64,000 bases of DNA. Origin: Octopus sinensis (taxonomy: Eukaryota). Location of the stretch: contig NC_043013.1 in assembly GCF_006345805.1 (NCBI RefSeq), forward strand, positions 40,238,001 through 40,302,000, in the 5' to 3' direction. Position 1 is the first letter of the stretch; each line of letters opens with the position of its first letter. The translations under genes and the position numbers were made by a program. Of the stretch, positions 39,311 through 53,210 are shown one piece after another. The notes below the pieces were generated by a model, which saw nothing but the letters and a program-made list of their open reading frames with translations, ran no database searches and had not been told where the DNA came from.

Positions 39311-39680
39311 TCTTTTACTTGTTTCAGTCATTTGACTGTGGCCATGCTGGAGTGCCACCTTTAGTCGAGCAAATCGACCCCAGGACTTATTCTTTGTAAG
39401 CCTAGTACTTATTCTGTTGGTCTCTTTTGCGAAACCACTAAGTTACGGGGATGTAAATACACCAGCATCAGTTGTCAAGCGATGTGGTGGTGGTGGGGGG
39501 GGCAAACACACACACATATATACGATGGGCTTTTTTCAGTTTCCGTCTACCAAATCCACTCACAAGGCTTTGGTTGGCCCGAGGCTATAGTAGAAGACAC
39601 TTGCCCAAGGTACCATGCAGTGGGGCTGAACCCAAAACCATGTGGCTCGTAAGCAAGCTACTTACCACACAGCCACTCCT
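39311..39680 (-). mobile_element. SINE family B, near full length, partly CpG-decayed
   Basis: tcagtcatttgactgtggccatgctgg...ctacttaccacacagccactcct. Further copies near 30290, 34355, 37520, 41855, 52640 and 54147. Confidence 0.9.
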
Positions 39681-40539
39681 ACACTTACAAGAAATTCCCT
39701 ATATGTTTATCCAACATGTTCAACTTTTGTGATAATGGTGAATAAGCTATACTAAAAAAAAAAATCTAATTTCTTGTTTTTTGGGGGATTTTTTTTTGTA
39801 TATACACATACACAAGTATATGTGTATGCATATCTATCCCATTTTCATGAATATATTTCTGTGAGTAGACTGCCTGTGTTTCAATAAATTGAGTTATTAT
39901 CTTCATCCTATCTGATTTTCCATGGGGACATGAATTTGATAGACACAAAGTGCAAGGGTTTGATTCTGTACCATCTCATCTATTTATTGTTTAAATTTTA
40001 TATTGCATTTGGTGAAGCCAAATATCACTGCTAACAGATTTTAAAAGCTACTTCAATGCATTTATTTACAATGCAATGAGTGACAAGGGAGATTTTATAT
40101 AATCTACTATAAAACTACTAAGACTTCATTAGATGAGCCCCAGTTGTTCATTCTTCTTGATATTGTATATATCTGTTAGTAATATACATTATCATCATTT
40201 AACACCCGTCTTCCATGCTGGCATTGGTTGGACGGTTTGAACTGGCCAGATAGAAGACTGCACCAGGCTACTGTGTCTGTATTGGCATGTTTTTTACAGC
40301 TGGATGCCCTTCCTAACACCAACCACCCCATAGAGTGGAGTGAATACATTTTACATAGCAGCAGCACAGGTGAGGTCAGTTTAGGCATGATTTTTGCTGC
40401 TGATTCCCCTTCCAAATGCCAACCACTTCACAGTGTGGACTAGATGCTTTTTGCATGGCACCAGCAGGGTTACCAAGTAACTTGCAAGACAAGGAATTTT
40501 GAGAGGGGAGGGGTCATTAGAGGAGGTGATCTTGTGCCA

Positions 40540-41560
40540 GATGATTGACTTGCACAGCTCTCACATTAGATATATATTATATACATATAACTGCCATTAT
40601 TTTAAGTAAGTTTTTCCATGGGTTGGACAGGTCTTCTCCAATACAATATCATTTGCTGTGGCTCATCATCATCTCTGAAATCTTCCTTTATTATTTCTTT
40701 CCATATTGGCCTCTGTTTTCTTTTTCCACAGGCTTCTTCCACTTGTATTCCTTAGCACCCTTTTTAACCATCAGACGTCTTTTATAATGTTCACATGTCT
40801 GTACTGTACCACCACAATCTTCTCTCTTCCACACCACATCTGATTCCTCTTATGCCTAGTTTTACTCTGAGCCCTTTTGTGTTCTGTTGTTCATACATAC
40901 TAATAATATTACATATCCAGTGGTGTACGCTTGCCTCATTTTTGTTTTTTTGCTACCTTCAAATACCCTCTAGAGTCTTTTGCTACCCATTTTCTCACTA
41001 CCAAGCAAAATCACAGTTCATACGCAAGTATTATACAATTTACCCTTCTCTTGAAGAGAAAGAATCCCTTTGTTTGCCTGCAAAGGTAATAATTCCCTTA
41101 ACTTTTACCATTCTTTACTAAGGTTACTATGCTTTCAAAATGTCTGTCTCTGCAACTGACAAGGTAACCGAGGTAACAAAAGCAAACAACAACTATGGAG
41201 CATTCCAAGTATTTGAAAGAATTCATTTCAGTGGTGCTCTTACTGCTAACTACTTCTGTGAATCTTTATGTCTACCTGTGATCTCACTGCATTTCTTGTG
41301 CACCCACATTTTACATTGAATATACATTGTAGAATTGCATTCTGCACCTTTCCTGCATATCAATCATGACCACATCCCAAATAGCAGTAGAGTTCTCTGT
41401 TTTTTCTTGCTATCTAAAACTTTTGGTTTTGCTACATTTCCTTTAGTAACTTCTTGATCCTAGACCTCTGCATCTGTAACTGGAATATTTCCTTGAAATT
41501 TTTGACCAGTTGGATTATGAGAACAGTACACAACAGTTCTCATGGACTACTGATGAATAA
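40540..41560 (-). pseudogene. Decayed RTE LINE fragment
   Basis: Minus strand ICRKGAECNS...QCKMWVHKKCSEITGR near 41270-41360, the same finger as at 29830. Confidence 0.5.
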
Positions 41561-41592
41561 ATACCTAGCTACATGCTAAGTTTTTTACTCAA

Positions 41593-41660
41593 CTAGTTGC
41601 TAACTCTCACTTTGCTGACAAGACAGGAGTCATGTCAGCAAAGTGAGAGTTAGCAACTGG
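41593..41660. other. Short hairpin with a perfect 26-bp stem, intronic
   Basis: agttgctaactctcactttgctgaca (41595-41620) pairs with tgtcagcaaagtgagagttagcaact (41633-41658). Confidence 0.9.
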
Positions 41661-42845
41661 CTTGAACAACTCCTACATCCCACAAGTAATTCCATCTGCA
41701 TCCAGTTCTCTTAGTGACTACCAAATTACAAATCATGGAACTTTGCCAAAAGTCTTTTCATATGAGTGAATGCTAGCAAGTAACACCACGTATATGACAG
41801 TGGCATTCATTTACAGCTGTCACTTGATACCAAAACAAGGAGTTATACACACACACACACAATATTCTTCTTTCAGTTTTAGTCTACCAAATCCATTCGT
41901 AAGGCTTTGGTCAACCCGAGGCTGTAGTAGAAGACACTTCGCCCAAGGTGCCTCACAGTAGAACTGAACCTAAAATCAATTGATCTTGTTAACTACACTG
42001 CCATGCATTCACAAAAAAGTCTCTTCCACCCTAACTATAAAGAAAACATTACGAGTGATTTGTTACATTCACTAGTTTGTTTTGCTTCGTGTCTGATTTT
42101 CTGTGCTCGCATGGCTTAAGTGGGAGGAATTTAGATAAGCTTTTTATGGCCGAATGCACTTCCTGTTGCCAAGCATTACCTGTTTTGCAAGTAAGAGTCT
42201 TTATCTCCAGTGGAATACAAACATGCAGAGCTAAAAAATTACTTATTGGTAGGAAATGTCAACAAATGCCATCATTTGCAACCCAACCAAAAATAGTGAT
42301 GTCGCCATTTGTAGCTGTTGCTCAGCTTAGTTTTGTAAACATTCACACAAGACACACATATATAAATTGAGAGTGCTGGGATAGCTGTGCAGATTAGAAG
42401 TTGATTTCCAAACCATGTGATTTCAGGTTCACTTGCACTACACAGCACCTTGAGCAAGTGCCTAAGTATCCAAAATATATTTGTGTGATCAATGAGGTTC
42501 TTGGAAACATCTGTGTGGATTTGGCGCTAAATTCTTGGCTGGAGAATTATTCAAAAGGAAATAATCAGCAACACACCTGTGTGAGTTTTTGTACAGTTCA
42601 ACTCATTAGTATGCTTAAGAACAACAAATACAGAGTGGTGGCTGTTGAAACGTGGTACAGTCATGGCATCTGACTACAACAATTATGATGATAAGTTAAA
42701 TACTATGTCGATACATTCCTGTGTAAAAGATAATGTTATAAAGCTGTGTTGTAGTGAAAATTGTGAGGCATTTTGAAAGTTTTTCCCTTCTTATCAATTT
42801 TCCTGTATCTAGTGACATCTGATTCTTAATTTCTTTTCCTTTTAG

Positions 42846-43226
42846 TTCGGCGATCGAAAAGAACATTGGAAATAAAATCACAGAGTAGCAGTGGGTTTCA
42901 GTCCAAGCTGCTTCTCTCTAAGAAACGCATATCACCTCGTCACACTAAGAAACCCCCAGTAGCAGCAGCAACAGCAGCTAAAGTGGTAGCTGCTGGTAGC
43001 AAAACTCCAAAGAAAAAGACCAAAGAAAAGAAAGCCAGTCCTTCCAAAACTAAAACTCCGTCACCCAAAACAAAGAAATCTACCTCTGATACCAGTAACA
43101 ATGTAACACCAGATAAGAATTTTTCTGTGGACAATAAACCTGTGAAGAAGGCCTATGTTGTGTTTGTTGGTAACCTACCTTACAATGTTACAAAAGAACA
43201 GCTAGAGGAACACTTCCGTAAAACAG
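42846..43226 (+). CDS. Nop6-like RRM protein, exon 3 (Lys-rich region and RNP2)
   Basis: Acceptor ttttcctttttag, donor ACAG|gtattg; encodes ...KTPKKKTKEKKASPSKTKTPSPK...YVVFVGNLPYNVTKEQLEEHFRKT. Confidence 0.9.
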
Positions 43227-44750
43227 GTATTGAAATAGAAAACATCAGCTGTTCAGTTAATGTCATTCTGATTCACATTCTTTTCTGTAGGACTAAATCA
43301 AGATGAAATGTTTCACAATATTTAGTTTTGCATGGCTAATTGATTTATGTAGCATGGCAGTGTTGATGACAACAACTAGTGTATAAGCGGCTGTCACTGG
43401 TATGTAACTCTGTCCTGTGTGTGAGCTGAGTTATATATGTGTCATCATAATACATTATGTGACTGCATGAGCAGCAGTTTAATATTTTGTAGTTTGATGT
43501 GTTGCTGTATTTAAGGTGTAAATTGACTTATGTGCCACATTTAGTTGAGTTAAGCACTATTTTTCATTGTGTCATATCAGTTAACATCATTCCTTCCATC
43601 AATTTGTCTGTAATATTTATTGAAGACACTTTTCCAGGCTAATATGGTTTAGATGGAATTCACTGACGCAGATTTTCTGTAGCTTTGAATGTTAACCTGA
43701 GCCAAAAAAGATCTCTCTTGGGTTGCTTGACCTATTAGAAATAACAACAAAATTTCCCTCCAGTCACATCCTGCTGCCTTAGAAAAGGTAAGACCAACAT
43801 TGGATAATGTAGACTCTGATATACAAAATGATGGGACAGTCAGAACTGGAATGTCTTTGATCATGATTATAGGTCTGCTTGATGAGGGTTGATTTGAGAC
43901 TAAACAAGAGCAACCTGCAATATGCTGATGTTTTATCCAGAAGAGAATATATTTGTCATTTATTTTATTTCCCGTCATGAAACTAGTACAATGCATTATC
44001 ATCATTGTTTTATGCCTACTTTTAAATACTGGCATTGTGTGAATGGGTTTTATGAGGCAGTGCTCAACAAGCAAATGTCTTTCCTGTCTCTGACTTTTTT
44101 TAGTCATCACTTATGAAACATAGTGTATCTATTCTAAAGCTAGGTTGTGCATGGTATAAACTGGAGCAAGACAACTGACACTAAAAAGCCCTTCATAGCC
44201 TGGATGACATCTACTTTACATATTACTTGAATTGTATCGGGGAATGGTTACAGGGCTAGTTTGATGACTAGTGTTCTGTCAATAGCACTGTATCTCTGCA
44301 GAGACTTTCAGTAGCTACACCATTTAGCATTCAGACTGGCCATATCCAGCCAAAGTATCCTATCTGTTTTATGTTCAAACTGGCTAGATTTGGCCCCTGC
44401 ATCTACCCTATTATGTCATACTAAAAATAAACAATCACATCAAAATCTCAAATCTTAGATAATGCATGATTAATTCAAAACAGTGTGAATAAGCATCTTA
44501 TTTGACAGAATAATTTGAATGCTAAGGGGTTAAATCTTTGTAGAGAAAACAACAGAAAGTGGTTCTGCTACATCTTTGTTTTTAAATTGGTCTTCTGTCT
44601 TCTGAAATTAATAAGTTTGACCACTCATTGGTAGATAGTTTGAATTAGAAAATGTAAAATATCTGATATATATGAAATGCAAAACAAAATTTTGTGATAT
44701 TAGGTTTATGTAAATTTATCAATAATTGAAAATTCTTTTTCTTTTTGCAG

Positions 44751-44845
44751 GAGGAGTCAAAAAAGTTCGAATTCCTACAGAACGTGGCACAAACAAGCCT
44801 CGAGGATTTGCTTACATTGAATTCAAAGACAGAATTAGTCACAAG
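44751..44845 (+). CDS. Nop6-like RRM protein, exon 4 (RNP1)
   Basis: ctttttgcag acceptor, AAG|gtatgt donor; GVKKVRIPTERGTNKPRGFAYIEFKDRISHK, in frame with both neighbours. Confidence 0.93.
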
Positions 44846-45799
44846 GTATGTTTTTTTCTTGTTAGTTTGTTTTTTTGTATATTCTTATGAAACAGAAGAG
44901 GAATCTTTTTAGTTAATAATGACATTTTTTGTAGACACAAGCTTCTGGTGTTATGCAAAGAAAATGTTTTACTCTACAAACTTCATTCAGTTGACATACT
45001 ACAATCACTTCAGGATTGTATAGTTGTCGCTACAAATACCTTTTAGGTGTAAATTATCACAGAACCACAGCTGACTAACTTAATAGAATGTTTGGTCTAC
45101 CAGCCAAAAGGTTCATATTTCATCATAAGCAGCATATTATGACTTGGTCTAGCCAGCTGTATACAGGTATCAGTGTGGCAGAGACCCTGGGGCACTGAAT
45201 ACATAACAGTGACTTCTGACCTACACTCTTGCTTTATGTTTGTCAGGAGCTACCAGTTGTCTAGCTGGATTTCTGAAATTTGTGTTACATATAAGATTAT
45301 TCATGCTTTCTTGTCTTGTTATATTTCTTAAATCAAGGAATGAAATGAAGTTGTAAGCTCCACAATCCACAGTGCTGGAATCTTGTTATGGAGGGCAGTA
45401 ATTGTGAATAAAAACTGATACAGAGTAGAGGGGAATTCTTTAGTCCTACCACAAGTCAGCCTCTCTTATTATGGGAGGATGATACAATGCAGCCAGTTAT
45501 GCTGTAAAGTGATTGATGGTAGAGAAAGTATCCAGCTTTAAAAACTATGCCCACAAATAACACAAACAGCAATTGACAATTATCTCTGTTGTTTTGTGCA
45601 CCAGGTGAAGAACTATTGTACAATAGAGAGCAAAATCTGTCCAATCTATGCAGGCATAGAAAAAGCTGATGTGAAATAATGATGATGATCAAATTTTCTG
45701 TTAACACAATCAATCCATCTTGGTGAGTTTTGACATAACCACAAAAATCTCCCGCCACAATGACAAGTTGAAATAAATATCAGAGATGCAGAACTTGCA

Positions 45800-46860
45800 G
45801 GAGCTATTTGGAGGTTTTGCAAGCTCTAAATCCATCCAATGTTGGAAACCCTTCAGTATCATGAGCAGGTAACTCAGGGTCACAAGCATTTTACTCCTTA
45901 GCCTATATACTTCACCTGTATGCTTTGACTGAGTAGGACAGCAAGGACCAAATTAATCTTTACTCATGGAAAGGTTCCATTTGCAGTCTCTTATCACCTA
46001 CAAGTGTTTTCAGCTACTGTGACTTGCTGGCTTTCATTAGTTGCTTTGATTCCAGACCAATCTTCTGCTGGAAATAGTGCACTGATTTAGTTGGAAAGTT
46101 GTGGCAGTCTGGCTTCTATAAAGAATGAAGCCACATGCCATCCCTTGACAAGGACCTCAGCAATCAAGTCCTGGTATTTGTGTTTTTTTCTTTTAGCTGA
46201 TGTGAAATATCGAGCCTGTCCCTCCAGAGCACTGTAAATTTGACTATGATCATTGATTGGAGAGCAGGGGCAGGTCCATTCTGAGTGATATTACTGCTAT
46301 CTCCTCTGAGAAGACAAGTTTGCCCCTCAGGCCCACTTGCATCTCATAATCTGAAGTTCATTGTAAAATAAAAAATAGGTCCCCTGCTATAGCTTTTGTC
46401 TTTGGAGCCATGTTACCTTCCCTCAAGAATCTGATACCCTTGGGGAATAGGGGCTGTCATTTGTTAGTTTTCACCCTTCGCAGATCAGTCCACTTGATGA
46501 TTTCTTTAAGAACCTTGTCACATTTTCACTAGTGTTGGCCTTTCCAAATGCCCTGAGGCATCTGATCAAAATGTAGTCCGAGATGCAAAGAGTTGCTCTA
46601 CACTGCTTGCGGGATGGGTTTTCTTTGCTCCACATTTTAAGATTATTTGCGGTTGGCAAGAGGTCAACAACAACATGCAGTAAGAAGGGCTATACCCCTT
46701 AACCAGCTCCTCCCATGGGTGACTGGTTCCACTATATCCATTGTCCCTGGTGGGCAAGATTTCTTTTTTTTAAGAAAGTTTTCATTTGCCCTCTTTGAGA
46801 AAGTTTTCATAAGGAAGGTTTTCCTTTTACATATCTTTCAGTTTCACTTGTAGAGATTAT
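45800..46860 (-). pseudogene. Probable decayed LINE fragment, clade not assigned
   Basis: GC-richer, coding-like stretch with short broken ORFs; no diagnostic motif recognised; boundaries approximate. Confidence 0.3.
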
Positions 46861-47414
46861 AAACGTCATGTGTCTACAACTCCTCTGTTGTTATTTTTTT
46901 TATTCCATCTAGTTTTTTGTCATCTCTTCACTTCTTTGTTAGGAATATACCCACACCACCAGAACTAGGGTAATTAATTACCTGCAAAAGGTAACATTTC
47001 CTCTGCTACCTTACTGGTCTCATCCTCTGACTGTGGCAAAAATGACACTGATTTGCTAAAAAGAAGAGCCATTGGTGAGATTGCTTCATGGTAGGTGACA
47101 AGGGGCTTTAGTATGCATAATACTGACATTACAATTAATGCTGTTAGTGTTAATACAGAAATTGGAGTTCTGATTTTTTAATTTAAATGGATACCTTTCC
47201 AGTTTTAAGTTCAGATCCTACCTGACTTTAATTTGTCCTGGACGATTTCTAAAATAAATATTAGTAATAATCCAATCCCTTCAAATACCTGGCAAGTGAA
47301 AAGAAATGAATATTAGTATAAATAAAATGAATATTACCATCAATGGTAGGGATGGTTAATTATAGAATTGATAGAGTGCCTTTACATTCTGATTTCAAAT
47401 CCCATCAGGAATTA

Positions 47415-47633
47415 CAAAAGGATGCTGAAAAGTTCCTGGCTTTAAGGGTTTTGTGATAGACCTGGTTGGGGGCCTAGCTTGATGAGTTTTTTTGCAGGGT
47501 TTAGAAAAACTGAAGGACTGATGCAATAATTGTATGAATCTGAGAGTGGAATATTTTGAATAAAATCATAATTAACTGATCCTCTTGTATTTTTTTTAAA
47601 CCCAAAGTCCGGAACTTTTCAGCACCCCCCTCG
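47415..47633. mobile_element. Mariner-like MITE
   Basis: Inverted ends gatgctgaaaagttcc / ggaacttttcagcacc; TA on both flanks (47413-14 and 47634-35). Confidence 0.75.
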
Positions 47634-48694
47634 TACTTCGTCTTTAATTCTTTCAGGATATGTAAGTGCTGGTCAATTTAATATTTTATGTTTGTTAGAG
47701 ATCAATAGTATTATTGGCAATATGTGTAGTTACATAGCAGTTTTATTATTAATAATTATAGCCTGTAGCTGCATTGTAGTATTGTTTTTGATTAACATGA
47801 CAAAGATTCTTAAATGTTCTGTAATTTCTTAATTATTAACTGAAAAACACTATCATGTAATGGTAATGTCTTTCATCTAATTAATGATCATTTTATGTTT
47901 GTGTGATTATCATTACAACCAGTTGTAAATATCTCTAATTCTAAGTTGGTACTCCAAACGGTCATCAATTTTATTCATTTGTTGTCTTCAGAGCTTTTAG
48001 TTTATAACATTTTCATCAGTTATGCTGCTCTCCAACTACCTAAAGCAGTCAGCTAGATGTTCTTGTTAGATTAGATTAAAACCAGATTGAGATTTTGCAC
48101 TAAATATTACCAGTGATGATGGCAGTAAGTTGAATAGAACATTATGCAATATTTGTTCCAGCTCTCTGAAATTAAAATCCTGTCAGTCAATTTTTCCTCT
48201 TTTGCTAAACCATCAATCCTTCAGAAAGTGTTCTATATTTAATAAATTTGCATCATTAATTAGGCTGGGACCCTTAATTCCTGATTGATTTGTAGTGGTG
48301 CTGTTATGTATAGGGCATTTTCGTAACTTAGTACAGTTCAACCCCTATCTAGGTCTGAACATAGCATATTTCTTCTTAGAGAAAAAAGAAATCAACCCAA
48401 CACATGACTGATACTTTATTTATTGACCTCAAAAGGCTGAAAGAAAAAGCTGGATCTTCCAGGATTTAACTTAGGGTGGTGTGAGAGCCAGAAGGAATAT
48501 TGCAAAGCGTTCTGCTAATGACTACCAACTCACTGCCTTCATCACAGATGGTATTTAATGCAACATCTTTACCTAGTCCTTATCAAATTTAACATTTATT
48601 AGTCTGTATGGGAATCCAAGTCTGAAAAAGTAAATAGGAAATAAGTTTTTATTATATTTGGAATTGTATTAACTTTTTTGCAAATTTCTTCCAG

Positions 48695-48862
48695 ATTGGT
48701 TTGCGTCTGCATCATACTCATCTGAATGGGAGACAAATAAATGTCGAATTCACTTCAATAGGTGGAAACAATCCAAGAAGACGAGAAAAATTGCAACAGA
48801 AAAATTTGAAATTAAGCAAAATGAAAAGAGAATTTCCAAAAGGTGAATCTGCTTGGAAATAA
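48695..48862 (+). CDS. Nop6-like RRM protein, exon 5 (end of RRM and basic tail); either stop at 48860-48862 or donor after 48842
   Basis: tttcttccag acceptor; IGLRLHHTHLNGRQINVEFTSIGGNNPRRREKLQQKNLKL resembles the LHH...INVELTAGGG...RKEKI..KN.KL C-terminus of Nop6-type proteins (recalled). Confidence 0.85.
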   Translation: MGLRLHHTHLNGRQINVEFTSIGGNNPRRREKLQQKNLKLSKMKREFPKGESAWK

Positions 48863-51800
48863 TTTCCATCATTTCATCCTAAGGAAGGAAGTAAAACTTG
48901 ATTTGACAGTTTAGGAAACCACCAGCAGCACCACCACCACTATCACTTTAATAACAAATAAGTGACACAAGTTAAGAGCTACCAGAGCAGCTATCAATCA
49001 CTTACCACAGTTGCTTTGTTAACAGACAGTGGAAATTTACATAAATTTTTGTCATTCATTTGTCTGTAGCTCTGTGAAAATATCCTGTGTCTATCTTGAT
49101 TTCAAGAAAAAAAAATTGTTTAGTGCTTTTACAAGAGAGCTATTTTATTTCAGGTTAATTATTCTTTAGAATGAATAGTGAATTCTAATAATCTAGCCAA
49201 ATAGTTTTCTTCCAGGATTCATGTTCTTCCATTTAGACTATTGGGATAAGTATATTTTTTCTAGAAGCTAAAATGTTTTGGCTACCTTGCTAGGCATGAT
49301 TTCAGAATTACTAATTAAAATACAAACACTTCAGACTACTTGAAATATTTGAAGCTACAAAGCAAAGGTTTCCAAGTTTTAAAACTTAATTTTCTTTAAA
49401 TTTCCAAAAGTTTTCAACAAAAAGTTTGGTTAGATTTTTAAATATTGTTTGTAGGCTACACAAAGCTTTAAAACACAATTCACTTATTTCTTCATCAGAT
49501 ATTTCATATAGCTCTCTATTCTTCCTCTCACATCTGAACTAAATTCTTCTTTTGAGTTTGAATTTAAAGACCCTATATTTGTGGGATAGGGCTTCACTGC
49601 TGTATGCTGTTTCTGGATCTTTCCCCATTTAATAAATTTATGGCCAAGCTAAGAGGAAAATTCCAAACTCCATACATCAATCATTTACTTTCTTTGCAAT
49701 TGTGACTGAACCCAATCATAAAATATGGATACTCTGTTTCTATTGCAGGAATTCACTGAATTATTTATTTATTTATTTATAAAATAACATGCCAGACTTT
49801 CTGTTTTCTCTACCATTGATATGAAATGAGGAAGCGTATGATTTTATTGCAGTGAATGTCCCATTAATAGCATTTCACATTTCAGTTCCAGAGCAACTGT
49901 GCAGCCCCTTACACATGTAAAACAGTTGCATAAGAGGAGATTCAGGTTAAACAAAACTAGCGCATTTTGTTGTTAATGTCAAAAACATTTCTTGTTATTT
50001 GGGCAACAATTCTTTTGCTCATATACTTTGTATGAGTCTTAATTTTTTTGTTACATGTCTTTTAACCTTATTTCCTAATTGTCCATTTTATATTCATTAA
50101 TCGGGACTTCCATGTACCAACAGAGGCCTTTAAAATAAAAAAAAAAAAGAAAGCAACATAAGTATTACATGCTTCCGGTATGGAAACAGAATTTATTCAT
50201 TGCTACATATCTGGATGTTTTGTCTTTTGTTTTTTAAAAGATTTGTTTTCAATCAATCAATCATTAGATAAACAGTTTTAGTCAAACATTAGGCATTTAT
50301 TTTTCTAATACTGGAACCAATTTCAATTAGAAAGCTAACATATGCTCCCATCTTAATTTTTATATCCCAATAAATCTGAATGAATGGTGCCTATGACCCA
50401 GACATCACAGACTCTCTGTTAAGCTGTCATATAAAACTTTCTCTTCTCTCCAAATTTATTTATTAAAAATTCAAATAATATATTTTCATTTCATTTTAAA
50501 TTATAAGTTTTCTTTAATAAAAAAAGTGTTGTTAGTTTAGTATGTTATTTGTTGGTCAGCAACAAAGCTTTAAATAAAATTTTTTAAAAATGAATTTATA
50601 AAAATGTAACTCAGCTTGTAATCTCTTGTTAAGGAAATTCTGGTATTTACCCAACGACCAAATTACCTCCCTTCATTTTCTTGAACATAGAGCTTTGAAA
50701 AATACTGTTCTATATAAACAGTATTTCATTTTGAACAGTTTTATCATAATTTGTCATTTTATCTGTAGAAATATTTCCAACTGCACATTAATTCTAACCT
50801 TATTTCATGCATAAGACAATTATTAAAACCCAGAGCAATTCCATATGATGGCTGATTGGGAGTTTACAGAAAGTAGTCTTCAACTTTACATAGTGAAGTT
50901 TTCTATATATTTTTAGTAGAACTTCATTGATGTATGTTACAGCCAACATAGAGAACTATTTTTTTAAAATGTATGGTAGCTCTAAATGTTTCTTTCCATG
51001 GTTGTAATTTGATATTTTATACAGATTTGATAGCTAAGTCATTCCAAATTATTTTTACTTTTCAGTCTGGCTGAATTATTTAAATTTTCACACAACTATT
51101 GATTCCATTGAATAAAAAAAATCTGTTGACAAAATCAACATGGTATTGTTTATAATTGCTCTGTATTTGTCTAAAAATGGAAAACCCCTCATATTTTTTA
51201 TGTAGAAACTTGAGTTTTTGTATCACAAACTGCAGTTGCTGTTGCTAAATGTGTTAAAAAAATATTCTTCCCCTACAGCTAGTCTGGTAATGTTTGTATT
51301 AGGTCTGATTTAACTTGAAGTGACAATCAACTGCTTTGTCATTATAAACAAAAGGCAGGCATATTAATGACAACTGGAATTTAACCAAAAAAATTAGTAA
51401 ATAAAAAAAATGTCAATTTTGAACCTTTGTGTTGGTACCACTTGCTCAACATATTGTGAATTGAAATAAAATAAAATAATTTGAAATATAAAATACAATT
51501 TCCTATGCAATTTCTGGTTTATTATTGCTCTCAACCTATCACAGAAATTGCAACAATGATTAGCAAAGTAGGAAGTAAATCTGAACTGGGAGAACCAGAG
51601 AGACAAATAGTTGGATTAATTCAAAGCTAACACTGGTCTTTTTTTATGATGAACATGGACTGCTACAAGAAGCCTAAAATGAGGCATTGTAATGATCTAG
51701 TTTTAGCTATATTAGGAACAGGCTTATGAGTACAATTCTATATTACCATCTGCAGCATACTTAAAATTTACAGCTACTCAATCACTAATACTATATTCAA

Positions 51801-52370
51801 ATATTACACACAAAGTGCCATGCAGGAGGAGTGAACCTGGAATCTCATGGTTACAAAATTAACACTTTAGCCATATGTGGTTAAGCTATGAATAGTTAAC
51901 ATTGAATTATTGAATGTAATAATGTTAAACTTGGGAATTTGGAAGTTTATTTTAATTACATTTTCTATCCTAACTGGTGCAACATAGCATCTTTAATTTC
52001 CAATGAGCTAATAACTGGTTTATTGCATTTCTGATGGTGAAAATGACAAGGTAATGCCTTTACAAATGTAAAAAATTACACATTAGTCATATTTATAAGC
52101 ACCGCTTTTTTTCTTTTTCTTTTTCTTTTTTTTTTTTTTTTTTTGGTCTGGCTCTATGATGAAAAACTTGCTGTTTCAAAGTAATCTACATTAAAACCTC
52201 CATCAAAATCTTGTGATAATTATATGTTCCAAACACCAGCTTAATAATGACAAAGCAATTTTATTAAATTCTTTATTGTGAAAATCAATTAAAAACAGGC
52301 AGTGTATTTCAGCAAAAATATGGTAACAAAAGGGTTAAGCATCAATAAAAGAGGTACATTATTTTTTTTA

Positions 52371-52415
<45 letters not shown>

Positions 52416-53210
52416 ATCATTGTTTTAACACCCACTTTTCCATGCTCGCATGGGTTGGATGGAATTTTTAAAGCAGATTTTTTTTTACAGCTGGATGCTC
52501 TTCCTCACCCGTTTTCAAGTAAGGTAATATTCCTCCATGACCAAACATGTTTTCATAGAAGATTGGAAACAAAGGACATTTCTTGTATGATGGAGGCACT
52601 AGTTTATAGCTATCAAAACAAAGTCAAGGCAAGGGCACAGTAACACACACATACACAAGACTTCTTTCACTTTCCATCTACTAAATCCACTCACAAGGCT
52701 TTGGTCAGCTCAGGGCTATAGTAGAAGACTCTTAATCAAGGTGCCATGCAATGGGACTAAACCCCAAACCATGTAATTCAGAAGCAAACTTCTTCCCAAA
52801 CAGTCGCGTCTGCACCTATCTCACATATAAACACATTCTCAAAAGGCTTTTGCACAATTGCCACTTAACTAAATTCCAGCCTCAAGGCTTTGATTAACCT
52901 GAGGCTACAGTAGGAGACTTGTTGAAAGTGCCACACATTGAGATCAGTCTTGGAACCATTATGCAGTTGCAATGCAAAGTTTTAACCTCACAGCCGTTAC
53001 CTACTTATGTTTGTTCCAAAGATAACTATAATGTTTATAAGTAACAAACAATTCATGAAATATAATGCTACTTTCTACTGATATAACAGTTTTATAACTC
53101 TTGATGGAAACTGCATTACTGGTAATGTACCATGTTGGTTTCGTTTTTGTATCTGGTTTGCAAGATTCTTTATGTGAATTAGTGTGTTGAAATAAATTTT
53201 GTGTCATGGG

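Noticed and set aside
43227-43306. C-terminal extension of ORF 42866-43306 (GIEIENISC..)
   Set aside because: Intron read-through; the RRM continues correctly in exon 44751.
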